Source of the DNA: the human T2T-CHM13v2.0 reference genome, Homo sapiens
Direction of reading: 5' to 3'
DNA: 64,000 nucleotides
Assembly: GCA_009914755.4 (NCBI GenBank)
Contig: CP068257.2
Span: 320,001 to 384,000 of the forward strand
Positions 1-10,554 of the stretch are shown here, piece by piece (the first letter of the stretch is position 1; each line of letters begins with the position of its first letter). A program made the translations under genes and the position numbers. The notes beneath the pieces were generated by a model, which saw only the letters and a list, made by a program, of their open reading frames with translations, did no database searches and had not been told where the DNA came from.

Positions 1-1452
1 TAGGAACAAAGTTCACTGAGTGAAAGAAGTATGTTGTCATACAATACAAGTGAGCTAAAAATCATTGTAAAACATTGCAGGAGCTAACAGACAAAATAGC
101 AAGTATAAAGAAGACATAACCGACCTAATAGAGCTGAAAAGCACACTACAAGAATTTTCATAATGCAGTCACATGGTGATTATGTGTGACTGGATTATGA
201 AAATTATTGTAGTGTGTGTGGGCACCCGAGATTGCCCTGTAAGCAGGTGTGGCCAGACTGGGGTCCTGGGAGAGGCAAGCAGACTAAGGAGCGCTGAGGT
301 CACACCAGTTCCATCTCATGTGCAAGACCACCCAGCAGAATAGACCAAGCAGAGGAAAGAATCCCAGAGCTTGAAAACTGGCTTTCTGAAATAAAACAGG
401 CAGATAAGAATGGGGGAAAAAAGAAGGAAAATGAATGAACAAAACATCCAAGAAATATGAGATTATATAAACGACCAAATCTATGACTGATTAGTGTACG
501 TGAAAGAGATGAGGAGAATGGAGCCAACTTGGAAAACATACTTCAGAATATCATTCATGAGAATATCCCCAACCTATCCAGACAGACCAACATTCCAATT
601 CAGGAAATCCAGAGAATCTCAGTAATTTAAGCCACGAGAAGATCATCCCCAAGACATATAATCATCAGATTCTCCAAGGTCAAAATGAAAGAAACAATGT
701 TAAAGGCAGCTAGGGAGAAAGGCAATGTCACCTGCAAAGGGAATTCCATCAGACTTAGCAGACTTCTCAGCTGAAACCCTACAAGCCAGAAAAGATATTC
801 AACTTCTTAAAGAAAAGAAATTTCACGTAGTATGGCAGAGATAGATATACCATATAATAACATGGTGTTATTATAAATGGTTTAAAAAAAAAAGAAAAGA
901 AATTTCAACCCAGAATTTCATGTCCAGCAAAATTAAGCATCATAAGTGAAGGAGAAACAAGATCCTTTTCAGACAAGCAAGTGCTGAGAGAATTCATTAT
1001 CACCAGATCTACCTTACAGGAGCTCCTGAATGAAGCACTAAATATGGAAAGAAAAGACCATCACCAGCCACTACAAAAATGCACCGAAGTAGACAGACCA
1101 GGAATGCTAAAAACCAACCACATACACAAGTCTGCAAACTAACTAGCTGACAGCATGATGACAGGATCTAATCCACACATACCATTACTAACCTTAAATG
1201 GAAATGGGCTAAATGCTCCGATTGAAAGACACAGGGGGGCAAGCTGGATAAAGAACCAAGACCCATTTGACTATGCCGTCTCCAAGAAACCCATCTCACA
1301 TGCAGTGCCATACATAGGCTCAAAATGAAGGAATGGTGAAAAATCTTTCAAGCAAATGGAAAACAGAAGAAATCAGGTGTTGCACTCCTATTTTCGACAA
1401 AACGTATATAACAATAAAGATAAAAAAAAGACAGAGAAAGACATTAAAAAGG
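1..1452 (+). mobile_element. LINE-1 fragment (older L1PA/L1PB-like): ORF1 C-terminal two-thirds, inter-ORF spacer and first ~95 codons of ORF2; truncated on the 3' side
   Basis: Translation gives canonical L1 ORF1 motifs (NGANLENILQNIIHENIPNLSRQTNIPIQEIQR...RATPRHIIIRFSKVKMKETMLKAAREKGNVTCKGN) and ORF2 start MTGSNPHIPLLTLNGNGLNAPIERHR at ~1158; frame shifts and stops present. Confidence 0.8.
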
Positions 1453-2089
1453 TGGTCCTGACCTTTGATAAATCTCATTATTGATTGATACCAACCTGGG
1501 CTATCTTTATTGCCCAAACCAACAGGATAATTTGCTGAGGTTGTGGAGCTTCTCCCCTGCAAAGAGTCCCTGATCTCCCAAAATCTGGTTGACATCTAAG
1601 TTTGATTTTGCTGTACAACTCCTTTTTTGAAGTTTTACTCATTTCCAACAAGGAAGGCAAGTTTTCCTGCTTCTTTGATGATGGAGAGCAAGCATCTCCT
1701 TTCCTGAGTTTCAGCTTGCTTCTGACAGGGAAGGTGAGTGTAAGTTGTTTCCAGCTTCTAAGATGGCAGAGAACGATCACCAACCTGAGCCTTGTTTCCA
1801 GGTAAGTAGCTGAATTAGAGTTTTGTTTTAAAATTTTTCCTTAATGACTAAAATTTAAGATTACTCACCAGCTGCTTTTAATTTCTGCTTTTAGTTTCTC
1901 CTTACCATTAGAACACTCAGTAATCATATGAATTGTGCATTTGTTGTTTTGCTTAACTCTTTTTGTTTGTTTATGCTTGGGGCTTTATTGTTGTTGTTTC
2001 ACTTTTCTCCTGTCTCTTCCTGACTTGGTCAAATCCAAAGGAATTTTCCAAATTGTGGGGAGCAAGGCCTCTGAATTGGCTAAAACTCC

Positions 2090-2135
2090 TATGGCTGCAA
2101 ACAAACAAACAAACAAACAAATAAACAACAACAAA
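2090..2135. repeat. (CAAA)n / A-rich simple repeat
   Basis: caaacaaacaaacaaacaaacaaataaacaacaacaaaaaa. Confidence 0.8.
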
Positions 2136-2448
2136 AAACTTTCCAGTTAGCAGAAATTATTTTTTAAAACTTTTTTTTTTACATAAGTGGTCTCATCTAC
2201 ATAACAAGGCCACCGTTTTGCTAGCCAAGGCCAAACTGAAGGAGTAGTGGTGGTGACCCAATGTGAAGATTCTGCCCTGTTCACTACAGAATCCTGAGTT
2301 TGGTTCCTAAGTCTAGTTCTTTCTGTTTGATATTTGTGTTACTTTTAAAGCGTCAGCATTTTGTCCCAGTTACGATGTGGTAATAAAAGATTCAAAAGGA
2401 TTTTCTTTACAAGTTCTATGATTAAAAGCTTAACTAAAAGCAAATTTC

Positions 2449-3592
2449 TTTTTTTTCTTAATTATACTTTAAGTTCTGGGGTACATGTGCAGAACATGCA
2501 GGTTTGTTACATAGGTATACACATGCCATGGTGGCTTGCTGCATCCATCAACCCATGATCTACATTAGTTATTTCTCCTAATGCCATCCCTCTCCTAGCC
2601 CCCCACCCTGACAGGCCCTGGTGTGTGATGTTCCCCTTCCTGTGTCCATGTGTTCCCATTGTTCAACTCCCAGTTATGAGTGAGAACATGTGGTGTTTGG
2701 TTTTCTGTTCTTCTGTTAGTTTGCTGAAAATGATGGTTTCCAGCTTCATTCATGTCCCAGCAAATGACATGAATTCATCCCTTTTTATGGCTGCATAGTA
2801 TTCCATGGTGTATATATGCCACATTTTCTTTATCCAGTCTATCATTGGTGGGCATTTGGGTTGGTTCTAAGTCTTTGCTGTTGTGAACAGTGCCGCAATA
2901 AACAGACAGGTGCATGTGTCTTTATATTAGAATGATTTATAATTTTGGGGGTATATACCCTGTAATGGGATTGCTGGGTCAAATGATATTTCTGGTTGTA
3001 GATCCTTGAGGAATTGACACATTGTCTTTCACAATGGTTGAAATAATTTATATTCCCACCAACTGTGTAAAAGCTTTCCTATTTCTCCACATCCTCTCTA
3101 GCATTTGTTCTTTCCTGATTTTTTAACGATGACCATTCTAAGTGGTGTGAGATTGTATCTCATTGTGGTTTTGATTTCCATATCTCTAATGACCAATGAT
3201 GATGTGCTTTGCTTCACATGTTCGTTGGTTATATAAATGTCTTCTTTGGTAAGTGTCTGTTCATATCCTTTGCTCACTTTTTGATGGGGTTTTTTTTCTT
3301 GTAAATTTGTTCTTTGTAGATTCTGCATATTAGCCCTTTGTCAGATGGATAGATTGCAACAATGTTCTCCCATTCTGTGGGTTGCCTGTTCACTCTGATA
3401 ATAGTTTCTTTTGCGCTGCAGATACTCTTAAGTTTAGTTAGATCCCATTTGTAAATTTTGGTTTTTGTAGCCATTGCTTTTGGTGTTCTAGTGATGAAGT
3501 ATCTGCCCATGGCTATGTCCTGAATGGTATTGCCTAACACAAGGACATTTCTGTGCCTGAGTGCTATACCACCCAAAGTAATTTGTAGACTC
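2449..3592 (-). mobile_element. LINE-1 3' segment on minus strand (ORF2 C-terminus + 3'UTR), poly(A) seen as T-run at 2449
   Basis: Reverse complement of the characteristic L1 3' end (ttttttttcttaattatactttaagttctggggtacatgtgcagaacatgcaggtttgttacataggtatacacatgccatggtggcttgctgcatccatcaaccc...) and minus-strand ORF2 peptide [10 protein letters not shown]...[34 protein letters not shown]. Confidence 0.85.
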
Positions 3593-3593
3593 A

Positions 3594-4053
3594 TTGCTAT
3601 CCCCATCAAGCTACCATTACTTTCTTCACAGAATTAGAAAAACTACTTTAAATTTCATATGGAAGCAAAAAAGAGCCCACATAGCCAAGACAATCCTAAG
3701 CAAAAACAACAAAGCTAGAGGCATCACAGTACCTGACTTCAAATTATTCTACAAGGCTACAGTAACCAAAACAGCATGGGGCTGGTACCAAATCAGATCT
3801 ATACACCAATGGAACAGAACAGAGGCCTCAGAAATGACACCACACATCTAAAAACATCTGATCTTTGACAAACCTGACAAAAACAAGCAATGGGTAAAGG
3901 ATACCCTATTTAATAAATGATGTTGGGAAAACTGGCTAGCCAAATGCAGAAAACTGAAACTGGGCCACACCCATACACCTCAAACAAAAATTAAGTAAGA
4001 TGGATGAAAGAGTTAGAAGTAAGACCTAAAACCATAAAAAATCTAGAAGAAAA
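3594..4053 (+). mobile_element. Inverted 5' segment of the same L1 insertion (ORF2 region immediately upstream of the minus-strand segment): twin-priming-type inversion
   Basis: Plus-strand [67 protein letters not shown]...DKPDKNKQWVKD is the ORF2 stretch that directly precedes [10 protein letters not shown], which is where the minus-strand piece begins; orientation flips at ~3592. Confidence 0.7.
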
Positions 4054-7000
4054 CCGACGCCACCAACCTCAGGGGAAATGTACCTGTAGTGAAATGCATG
4101 GTACAAACAAGCATTCCCTGCTTCCTTGAGTGGGCGACGTTGATGGCTAGTCCAACCACTTCAGGCACACCCTTGCAAACACGGCTGGTTTCTCTTTGAG
4201 CCAGCTTGGCCTTGCCTGGCATACACAAGCCTCAATGCAACAACTGTGCTAAAAATGGAGCCACACAGAGGAAATGAGCAGCAAGCTCAGAAGCAGGATG
4301 TGCACTGCCTTTGGGGCTCCAGTCCATGCCTCAGGGCTTGTATGGGACTGCAGGATTCTTGGTTGCCAAGAGGTAGACCATAGACCAGCTGAGGAGGACT
4401 TTATGTTCAAGGGCAGAAAGCAGCCAGGATTACCACCCAGGGGACTCGGCCTTCTGTGGCCCCGGCCAGACTTAGAATTTGGCTCAGGGCAGGACCAGCT
4501 CACTCGGAGCAGTGTGTCAGTAGCTGGGGCCTGTACATGCTAGGCAAGGCTAAGCTGGCTCAAAGAGCAACCAGCCACCACTGCAAGGGTGTTCCTGGAT
4601 GAGGTGGAGCAGCCAGAAACTTCAGCTATACAAGGAAGCAGGGATGGCCATGTTCCCACAGCATGAGTGGCCACCGCTTGATGGCTGATCAAGCAGAGGC
4701 CTGAGGAAAAGCAGATGGAACTTGGGCCCTACCTCTAGGGTAGAAGAACTGATGAACCCTGACCGGTAGCAAGTGAGGTTGGTGGTGGGTCCACCGGCTC
4801 CTGGCACACCCTTGCAGAGGAGGCTGTTTGCTCTTTAAGCCAGCTTGGCCTTGCCTGGCATGCACAGGCCCCAGGTACAGACACGCCGCTCCCAGTGAGC
4901 TTGTTCTGCCTTGGACCAAATTCTAAGTGGCTTAGAATTTGCCCAGCATGCACAAGCCTCAGTGTAATAACTGTGCAACAAATGGAGCCACATAGACGAA
5001 AACGAGCAGCAGGCTCAGAAGCAGGGTGTGCCCTGCCTTTGGGGCTCCAGTCGATGCCTCAGGGCTCCTATGGCACTGCGGGTTTCTTGGTTGCCTAGCT
5101 GCAGACCACAGGCTGTATTGAGGAGGACTTTATGTTCAAGTGCAGAAAGTAGTCAGGATTACCATCCAGGGGACTCTGCCTTCTGTGGTCCTCTCCAGAC
5201 TTAGAATTTGGCCCAAGGCAGGACAAGCTGACTCGGAGCAGAGTGTCAGTACCTGGGGCCTATGCATGCCAGGCAAGGCCAAGCTGGCTCAGAGCAACCA
5301 GCCACCTCTGCAAGGCTGTGCCTGTAGCAGGCGGACAAGCCAGCAACCTCACCCACTCAAGGAAGCCCAGATGGCCAGGTTCCAACAGCATGAGTAGCTG
5401 CCACCTGATGGCTGATGGAGCAGAGTCCTGAGGAAAAGCAGATGGCACTGGGGCCCTAACTCTCGGGCAGAAGAACTGATGTACCGTTACTGGCAGCATG
5501 TGAGGTTGGTGATTGGCCCACCTGTTCCTGGCATACCCTTGCAGAGGTGGCTGGTTGCTCTTTGAGCCAGCTTGGCCTTGCCTGGCATGCACAAGCCTCG
5601 GTGCAACAACTGTGCCACAAATGCAGCCATATATAGGAAAGGAGCAGGAGGCTCAGGAGCAGGGTGTCCACTGCCTTTGGGGCTCCAGTCCATGCCTCAG
5701 GGCTCCTATGGCACTGCAGGTTTCTTTGTTGCCAAGAGGCAGACCAAAGGCCATCTTGAGGAAGATTTTATGTTCAAGTGCAGAAAGCAGCCAGGATTAC
5801 CACCCAGGGGACTCGGCCTTCTGTGGCTCTGGCCTCACAGAATTTGGCCCAAGGCAGGACAAGCTCACTCAGAGCAGTGTGTCAGCAGGTGAGGCCTGTG
5901 CATGCGAGGCAAGGCCAAGCTGGCTCAAAGAGCAAGCAGCCACCTCTGCAAGTGTGTGCCTGGAGCAGGTGGACCAGCCACCAACCTCACCCACTGAAGG
6001 AAGCCAGGATGGCCAGGTTTCCACAGCCTGAGTGGCTGCCTCCTGATGGCTGATGGAGCAGAGGCCTGAGGAAAAGAAGGTGGTATATTTAACTATTTAA
6101 TCCATCTTAAGTTAATTTTTGTATGAAGCAGATGGCACCAGTCCATGCCTCAGGGCTCATATGGCACTGTGGGCCACAGAAGGGCGAGTACCCAGGGTGG
6201 TAATCCTGCCTGCTTTCTGCACTTGAACATAAAGTCCTCCTCAAGACGACCTGTGGTCTGCCTCTTGGCCCCATCTTTAGGGTAGAAGAACTGATGTACC
6301 ACGTCTGGCAGTGAGTGAGGTTGGCGGCTGGTCCATCTGCTCCTGGCACACCCTTGCAGAGGTGGCTGCTTGCTCTTTGAGCCAGCTTGGCCTTGCCTGG
6401 CATGCACAAGCCTCACTGCAACAAATGTGCTACAAATGGAGCCATATAGAGGAAATGATCAGCAGGCTCAGGAACGGGGCATGCACTGCCTTTGTGGCTC
6501 CAGTCCATGCCTCAGGGCTCGTATGGCACTGTAGGCTTCTTGGTCGCCAAGAGGCAGACCACAGGCTTTCTTGAGGAGGACTTTATGTTCAAGTGCAGAA
6601 AGCAGCCAAGATTAGTACCCAGGGGACTGGGCCTTCTGTGGCCCTGGCCAGACTTATAATTTGACCCAAGGCAGGACAAGCTGACTCGGAGCAGAGTGTC
6701 AGTACCTGGGGCCTATGCATACCAGGCAAGGCCAAGCTGGCTCAGAGCAAATAGCCACATCTGCAAGGCTGTGCCTGTAGCCGGCGGACAAGCCAGCAAC
6801 CTCAGCTACTCAAGGAAGGAGGGATGGCCAGGTTCCCACTACCTGAGTGGTTGCCGCCTGATGACTGATAGAGCAGAGGCCTGAGGAAAAGCATATGGCA
6901 CTGGGGCCCTACCTCTAGGGTAGAAGAACTGATGTAACCTGACCAGCAGCGAGTGAGGTTGGTGGCCGGTCCACCGGCTCCTGGCACAACCTTGCAGAGG

Positions 7001-7390
7001 TGGCTGCTTGCTTTTTGAGCCAGCTTGGCCTAGCCCGGCATGCACAAGTCTGTGCAACAACTGTGACACAAATGGAGCCACACAGAGAAAACGAGCAGCG
7101 GGCTCAGGAGCAGGGTGTGTGCTTCCTCGGGGGCTCCAGTCCATGCCTGAGGATTCATATGGCACTGCGGACTTCTTGGTTGCAAAGAGGTAGACCACAG
7201 GCCATCTTCAGGAGGTCTTTATGTGGAAGTGCGGAAAGCAGCCAGGATTACCACCCGTGGGACTCGGCCTTTTGTGGCCCTGGCCTGACAGAATTTGGCC
7301 CAAGGAAGGACAAGCTCACTCAGAGCAACATGTCGGTACCTGGGTCCTGTGCATGCCAGGCAAGGCAAAGCTGGCTCAAAGAGCACCCAG
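4054..7390. repeat. Complex tandem repeat: ~5 units of 640-810 bp, each containing inverted sub-repeats (e.g. gccagcttggccttgcctggcatgcaca and its reverse complement alternate every ~250-480 bp)
   Basis: Motif gccagcttggccttgcctggcat(g/a)cacaagcctc recurs at 4201, 4841, 5567, 6373, 7020; reverse-complement form (caggcaaggccaagctggctcaaagagcaa) at 4546, 5279, 5916, 6729, 7367; one unit (6107-6300) carries an inverted copy of cttgaggaggactttatgttcaagtgcagaaagcagccaggattaccacc. Confidence 0.75.
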
Positions 7391-8564
7391 AGCATCCATT
7401 CTGGTGGAGGAGCCAACCACATGGCCAGCTCTGGGTGTGGGCACAGTGCCACATCTTCCATCACTTTCTGATGTATCCTACCAGCACTGAAGAGACAGCC
7501 CAGAGAGAGTGCAAGAGGAAGGCTGAGAAGGATGAGATAGTGAGTGCTGGCTTCTTTCTGACCCTCAGCACACCCCCAGGTGGTGACCATCAACCTTTAG
7601 GGGTGGGAGAGCAAGACTGATGGCTTCAAATGCTTCCCCAAGAAGATGGACACAGGCCACTCAGCTCAACCTCACAGCCAATGAGTTGACAAGCAAGCAG
7701 ATGACAGTCACAGGCTTTTAGAAAGAGCATCAGAAGGTGGCCAGTTTTTCTTCAGCCTCAGCCAGGCCTTGGAACTTGACTAGGCCATCCACTTCACCAG
7801 AGATGCCTTCAAGAACATCAGTGAGCTCTTTGCCAATCAGTCCAGGAAGGACCTGGACCCAGCCATGGACCTGTTAGTGCTGTCTCAGGGACACCAGACC
7901 AACATCCTGGACATCATCCTCATACACAAGGAAGCTCTTTCCAAAGTCACGGGGAACAGGCAACATGTGGCAGACGGGAAGACAGAGGTGCAGAGGCTGA
8001 TGGCGTCATTGTCACAGGAACAGGATTTCTTTGGCCACTTTGGCTGAAATTCACCACTTCCATCCAATTCACTCAAGTGAGAGACTTGACATCACAGATG
8101 GAGCATTTCTTGCAACAAGAGATACTATTTTTTCAAAAAGTCACCTAAAATTTGATAGTGTTGAATGACTAGCTATTTGATTGTGGACTTTTTCCAGTTC
8201 ATGGGTACTTTCTACAGCAGAATGATAACAGTATCAAAGAGCTAGTGCCAGCTATCAGTGGTAGTACAAGGATGACTTTGTGCTCAACTGAAACCCAGCT
8301 GAATATAGAATTGTGTAGGAAAGTGTTAATATGGTGATAGAATAGAAACAGTAGCAAACGTGAACTAAATCATACTATGAATGCCTACACTACCATTATA
8401 ACTTTTTGAAGAATGATAATACCACTTTATTGCCTTTTGAAGCAGGAATATATTAGTGGATATGCTATAGACCTGAAACCCTATAAAGAATCCCAAAGAA
8501 GCTGGCTGGATAAAGCCTGCTATGGATGTCTTTATACTCAAAGACTGATGAGGCAATTCGAATA

Positions 8565-8905
8565 TGTGTCCCCACCAAATCTCACGTTGAGTTATGCTTC
8601 CTAATGTTGGAGGTGGATCCTGGTATAAGGTGATTGAATCATGAAGGCAAATTTCTCATGAGTGGTTCAGCACCATCCCCTTGGTACTGTCCTCACAATC
8701 ATGAGTGAGTTCTCGTGAGATCTGGCCACTGAAAACTCTACATCACTCCCTACTCTCCGCGGTTTCCTCTTGCCATGTGAGACAATTCACTCTTTCATTA
8801 CCTTGCACAATGATTGAAAGATTTCTGAGGCCCCCCAGAAGCAGAAGCACTAGGCTTCCTGTCCACTCTGCAGAACCATGAGCCAATTAGACCTCTTTTT
8901 CAAAA
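8565..8905 (+). mobile_element. MaLR-type LTR (THE1/MST-like), 5' LTR of a short MaLR element
   Basis: tgtgtccccaccaaatctcacgttgag...ctaatgttggaggtgg...atcatgaaggcaaatttctcatgagtggttcagcaccatcccc...tcatgagtgagttctcgtgagatctgg...cttgccatgtgagacaa...ctgaggccccccagaagcagaagc...ctgcagaaccatgagccaattagacctctttt matches the remembered THE1/MST LTR consensus. Confidence 0.6.
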
Positions 8906-9439
8906 CAAATCTTACCAAAAATGGCAAATGAGGACTGGAGCATTCCTATAAAGATACCTGAAAATGTGGAAGCAACTTCGGAACTGGGTAATGGGTAGAG
9001 GTTGGAAGAGTTTGGAGGGCTCCAAAGAAGACAGACAGACGAGAACATTTTTGGACCATCTTAGAGACTGGTTAAATGGCTGTGACAAGAATGCTGACAA
9101 AAACATGGACAGTGAAGGCCAGGCTGAGGGGGCCTCAGATAAAAATAAGAAGCTTTCTGGAAAATGTCTCCTTTTTGGATATGGAAAGCTTACACAATGC
9201 CTGTACCATCATTGTACCTTAGACGCAGTGAACTTGCCTTTTATTTCAGAGACTCGTAGGCAAAAGAGAATGTAGCCTTGACCCAGATGAGACTTTGGAC
9301 TTTGTAACTTTGAGTTAATGCTGAAATGAGTTAAGACTTTGGGAGACTGCTGGCAAGGCATGACTGTATCTTGCAATGTGAGAAGGGCATGAGATTTGTG
9401 GGGTCAGGGACAGAATAATACGGTTTTTCTCTATGCCCC
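8906..9439 (+). mobile_element. MaLR internal region (shortened) between the two LTRs
   Basis: Lies between two same-orientation copies of the MaLR LTR; no coding capacity retained. Confidence 0.45.
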
Positions 9440-9700
9440 TTCCAAAACTCATGTGAAAGTACACTCCCTAATGTTAGAGTCGGGGCCTAGGTGGAAAAAG
9501 CTTTAATCATAAAGGGGTGGAAGTGGATCCTTCACAAATGGCAAAGCACCAAGCCCTTAATGCCATCCTCCTGATAGTGAGTGAGTTCTCATGAGATCTA
9601 GTAGTTTAAAAGGCTGTGGAATCTCTTTCCTCTCTCTGTCTTGTTCCAACTTCTGCCATATGAAACATGTCATTGCCGCTTGGATTTCCGGTGTGGCTAG
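9440..9700 (+). mobile_element. MaLR-type LTR, 3' copy (truncated at its right end by the minisatellite)
   Basis: ccaaaactcatgtgaaagtacactccctaatgttagagtcggggcctaggtgg...catcctcctgatagtgagtgagttctcatgagatctagtagtttaaaaggctgtgg parallels the 8565-8905 copy. Confidence 0.55.
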
Positions 9701-10215
9701 GAGGGGCCTGATCAGTGTGGGCCTGGTCTGTGGACCTAGGTCAGTGAGGACTATTTAGTGGGATAGTGGTCAGCAGGGGTCTGCTTAGAGAGGGTCTCAT
9801 TAGTGGGGTCTAGTATTGGGGGTTTTGGTGAGTGGGAACCTATTGGCTGCCAGTTGTTTGGTGTCTGGTCAGTGCAAACGTGGGCTGTGGGGCTTGATCA
9901 GTGGAGATCTGGTCAGCTGGGGCTCAGTGCTGGCCTGATCAGCATGGGCTGGGGCACTGGTGACCAGGTCAAGGGGTGCTATTCAGTGGAGGACTGGGCA
10001 CATGGGACCTAGTCAGCAGACCCTGGTGGGCGTGTCCTCATCAGTGAGGTCTTGTCAGTAAGGTCCTGGTCAGTGGAGTCCTTGTCATTGTGTGCCTGGC
10101 AGTGGGGACCTTGTTAGTGGGGCCTGATCATGAGAGTCTAATCAGTGAGGGTGTCGTCAGGGAGGACCTGATGTGCGGGGTCTGGTCAGCAGGGACCTGG
10201 TCACTGTGGGCTGCT
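9695..10215. repeat. Degenerate ~18-22 bp minisatellite (core ggNctggtcagtgNggNcc)
   Basis: Repeated ...ctggtcagtgg.../...ctgatcagtg... units throughout 9.7-10.2 kb. Confidence 0.7.
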
Positions 10216-10554
10216 GAGCACTGCTTGGATAAGCCAGGTGCAATGTGCATTATTGAAGGCCCTGTGGACAGCTGGGATAGCCCAGTGATGCCCAAGCGCC
10301 TAGTCAAAAGTGGACAAAGCACGTGTTTGGATGGACCTGGGAGATCCTGCTCAGAGATTCTGACAGGACAAAGATAAAGGAAGGGCCAGAGTGGCTGGAG
10401 AGATGGTCACAGTCTATGGGCTGCACAGGATGGAGGAGGCCAGGGAACAGGCAGGGTGGGCAGTTGCGGTTCAGGGAGAGGCAGGTGCATGCTGGGAGGT
10501 CAGACCCTGTGAGGGCTTTGGGGGCGTCAGGTAGGGTAGGCTCCAGGCACTCTC

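Noticed and set aside
4249-7620. Long ORFs in the complex tandem repeat (e.g. 5513..6031 + 172 aa, 7000..7620 + 206 aa, 6839..7198 - 119 aa)
   Set aside because: They recur once per repeat unit and on both strands because of internal inversions; Pro/Gly/Ala/Ser/Trp-rich low complexity; no Kozak starts.
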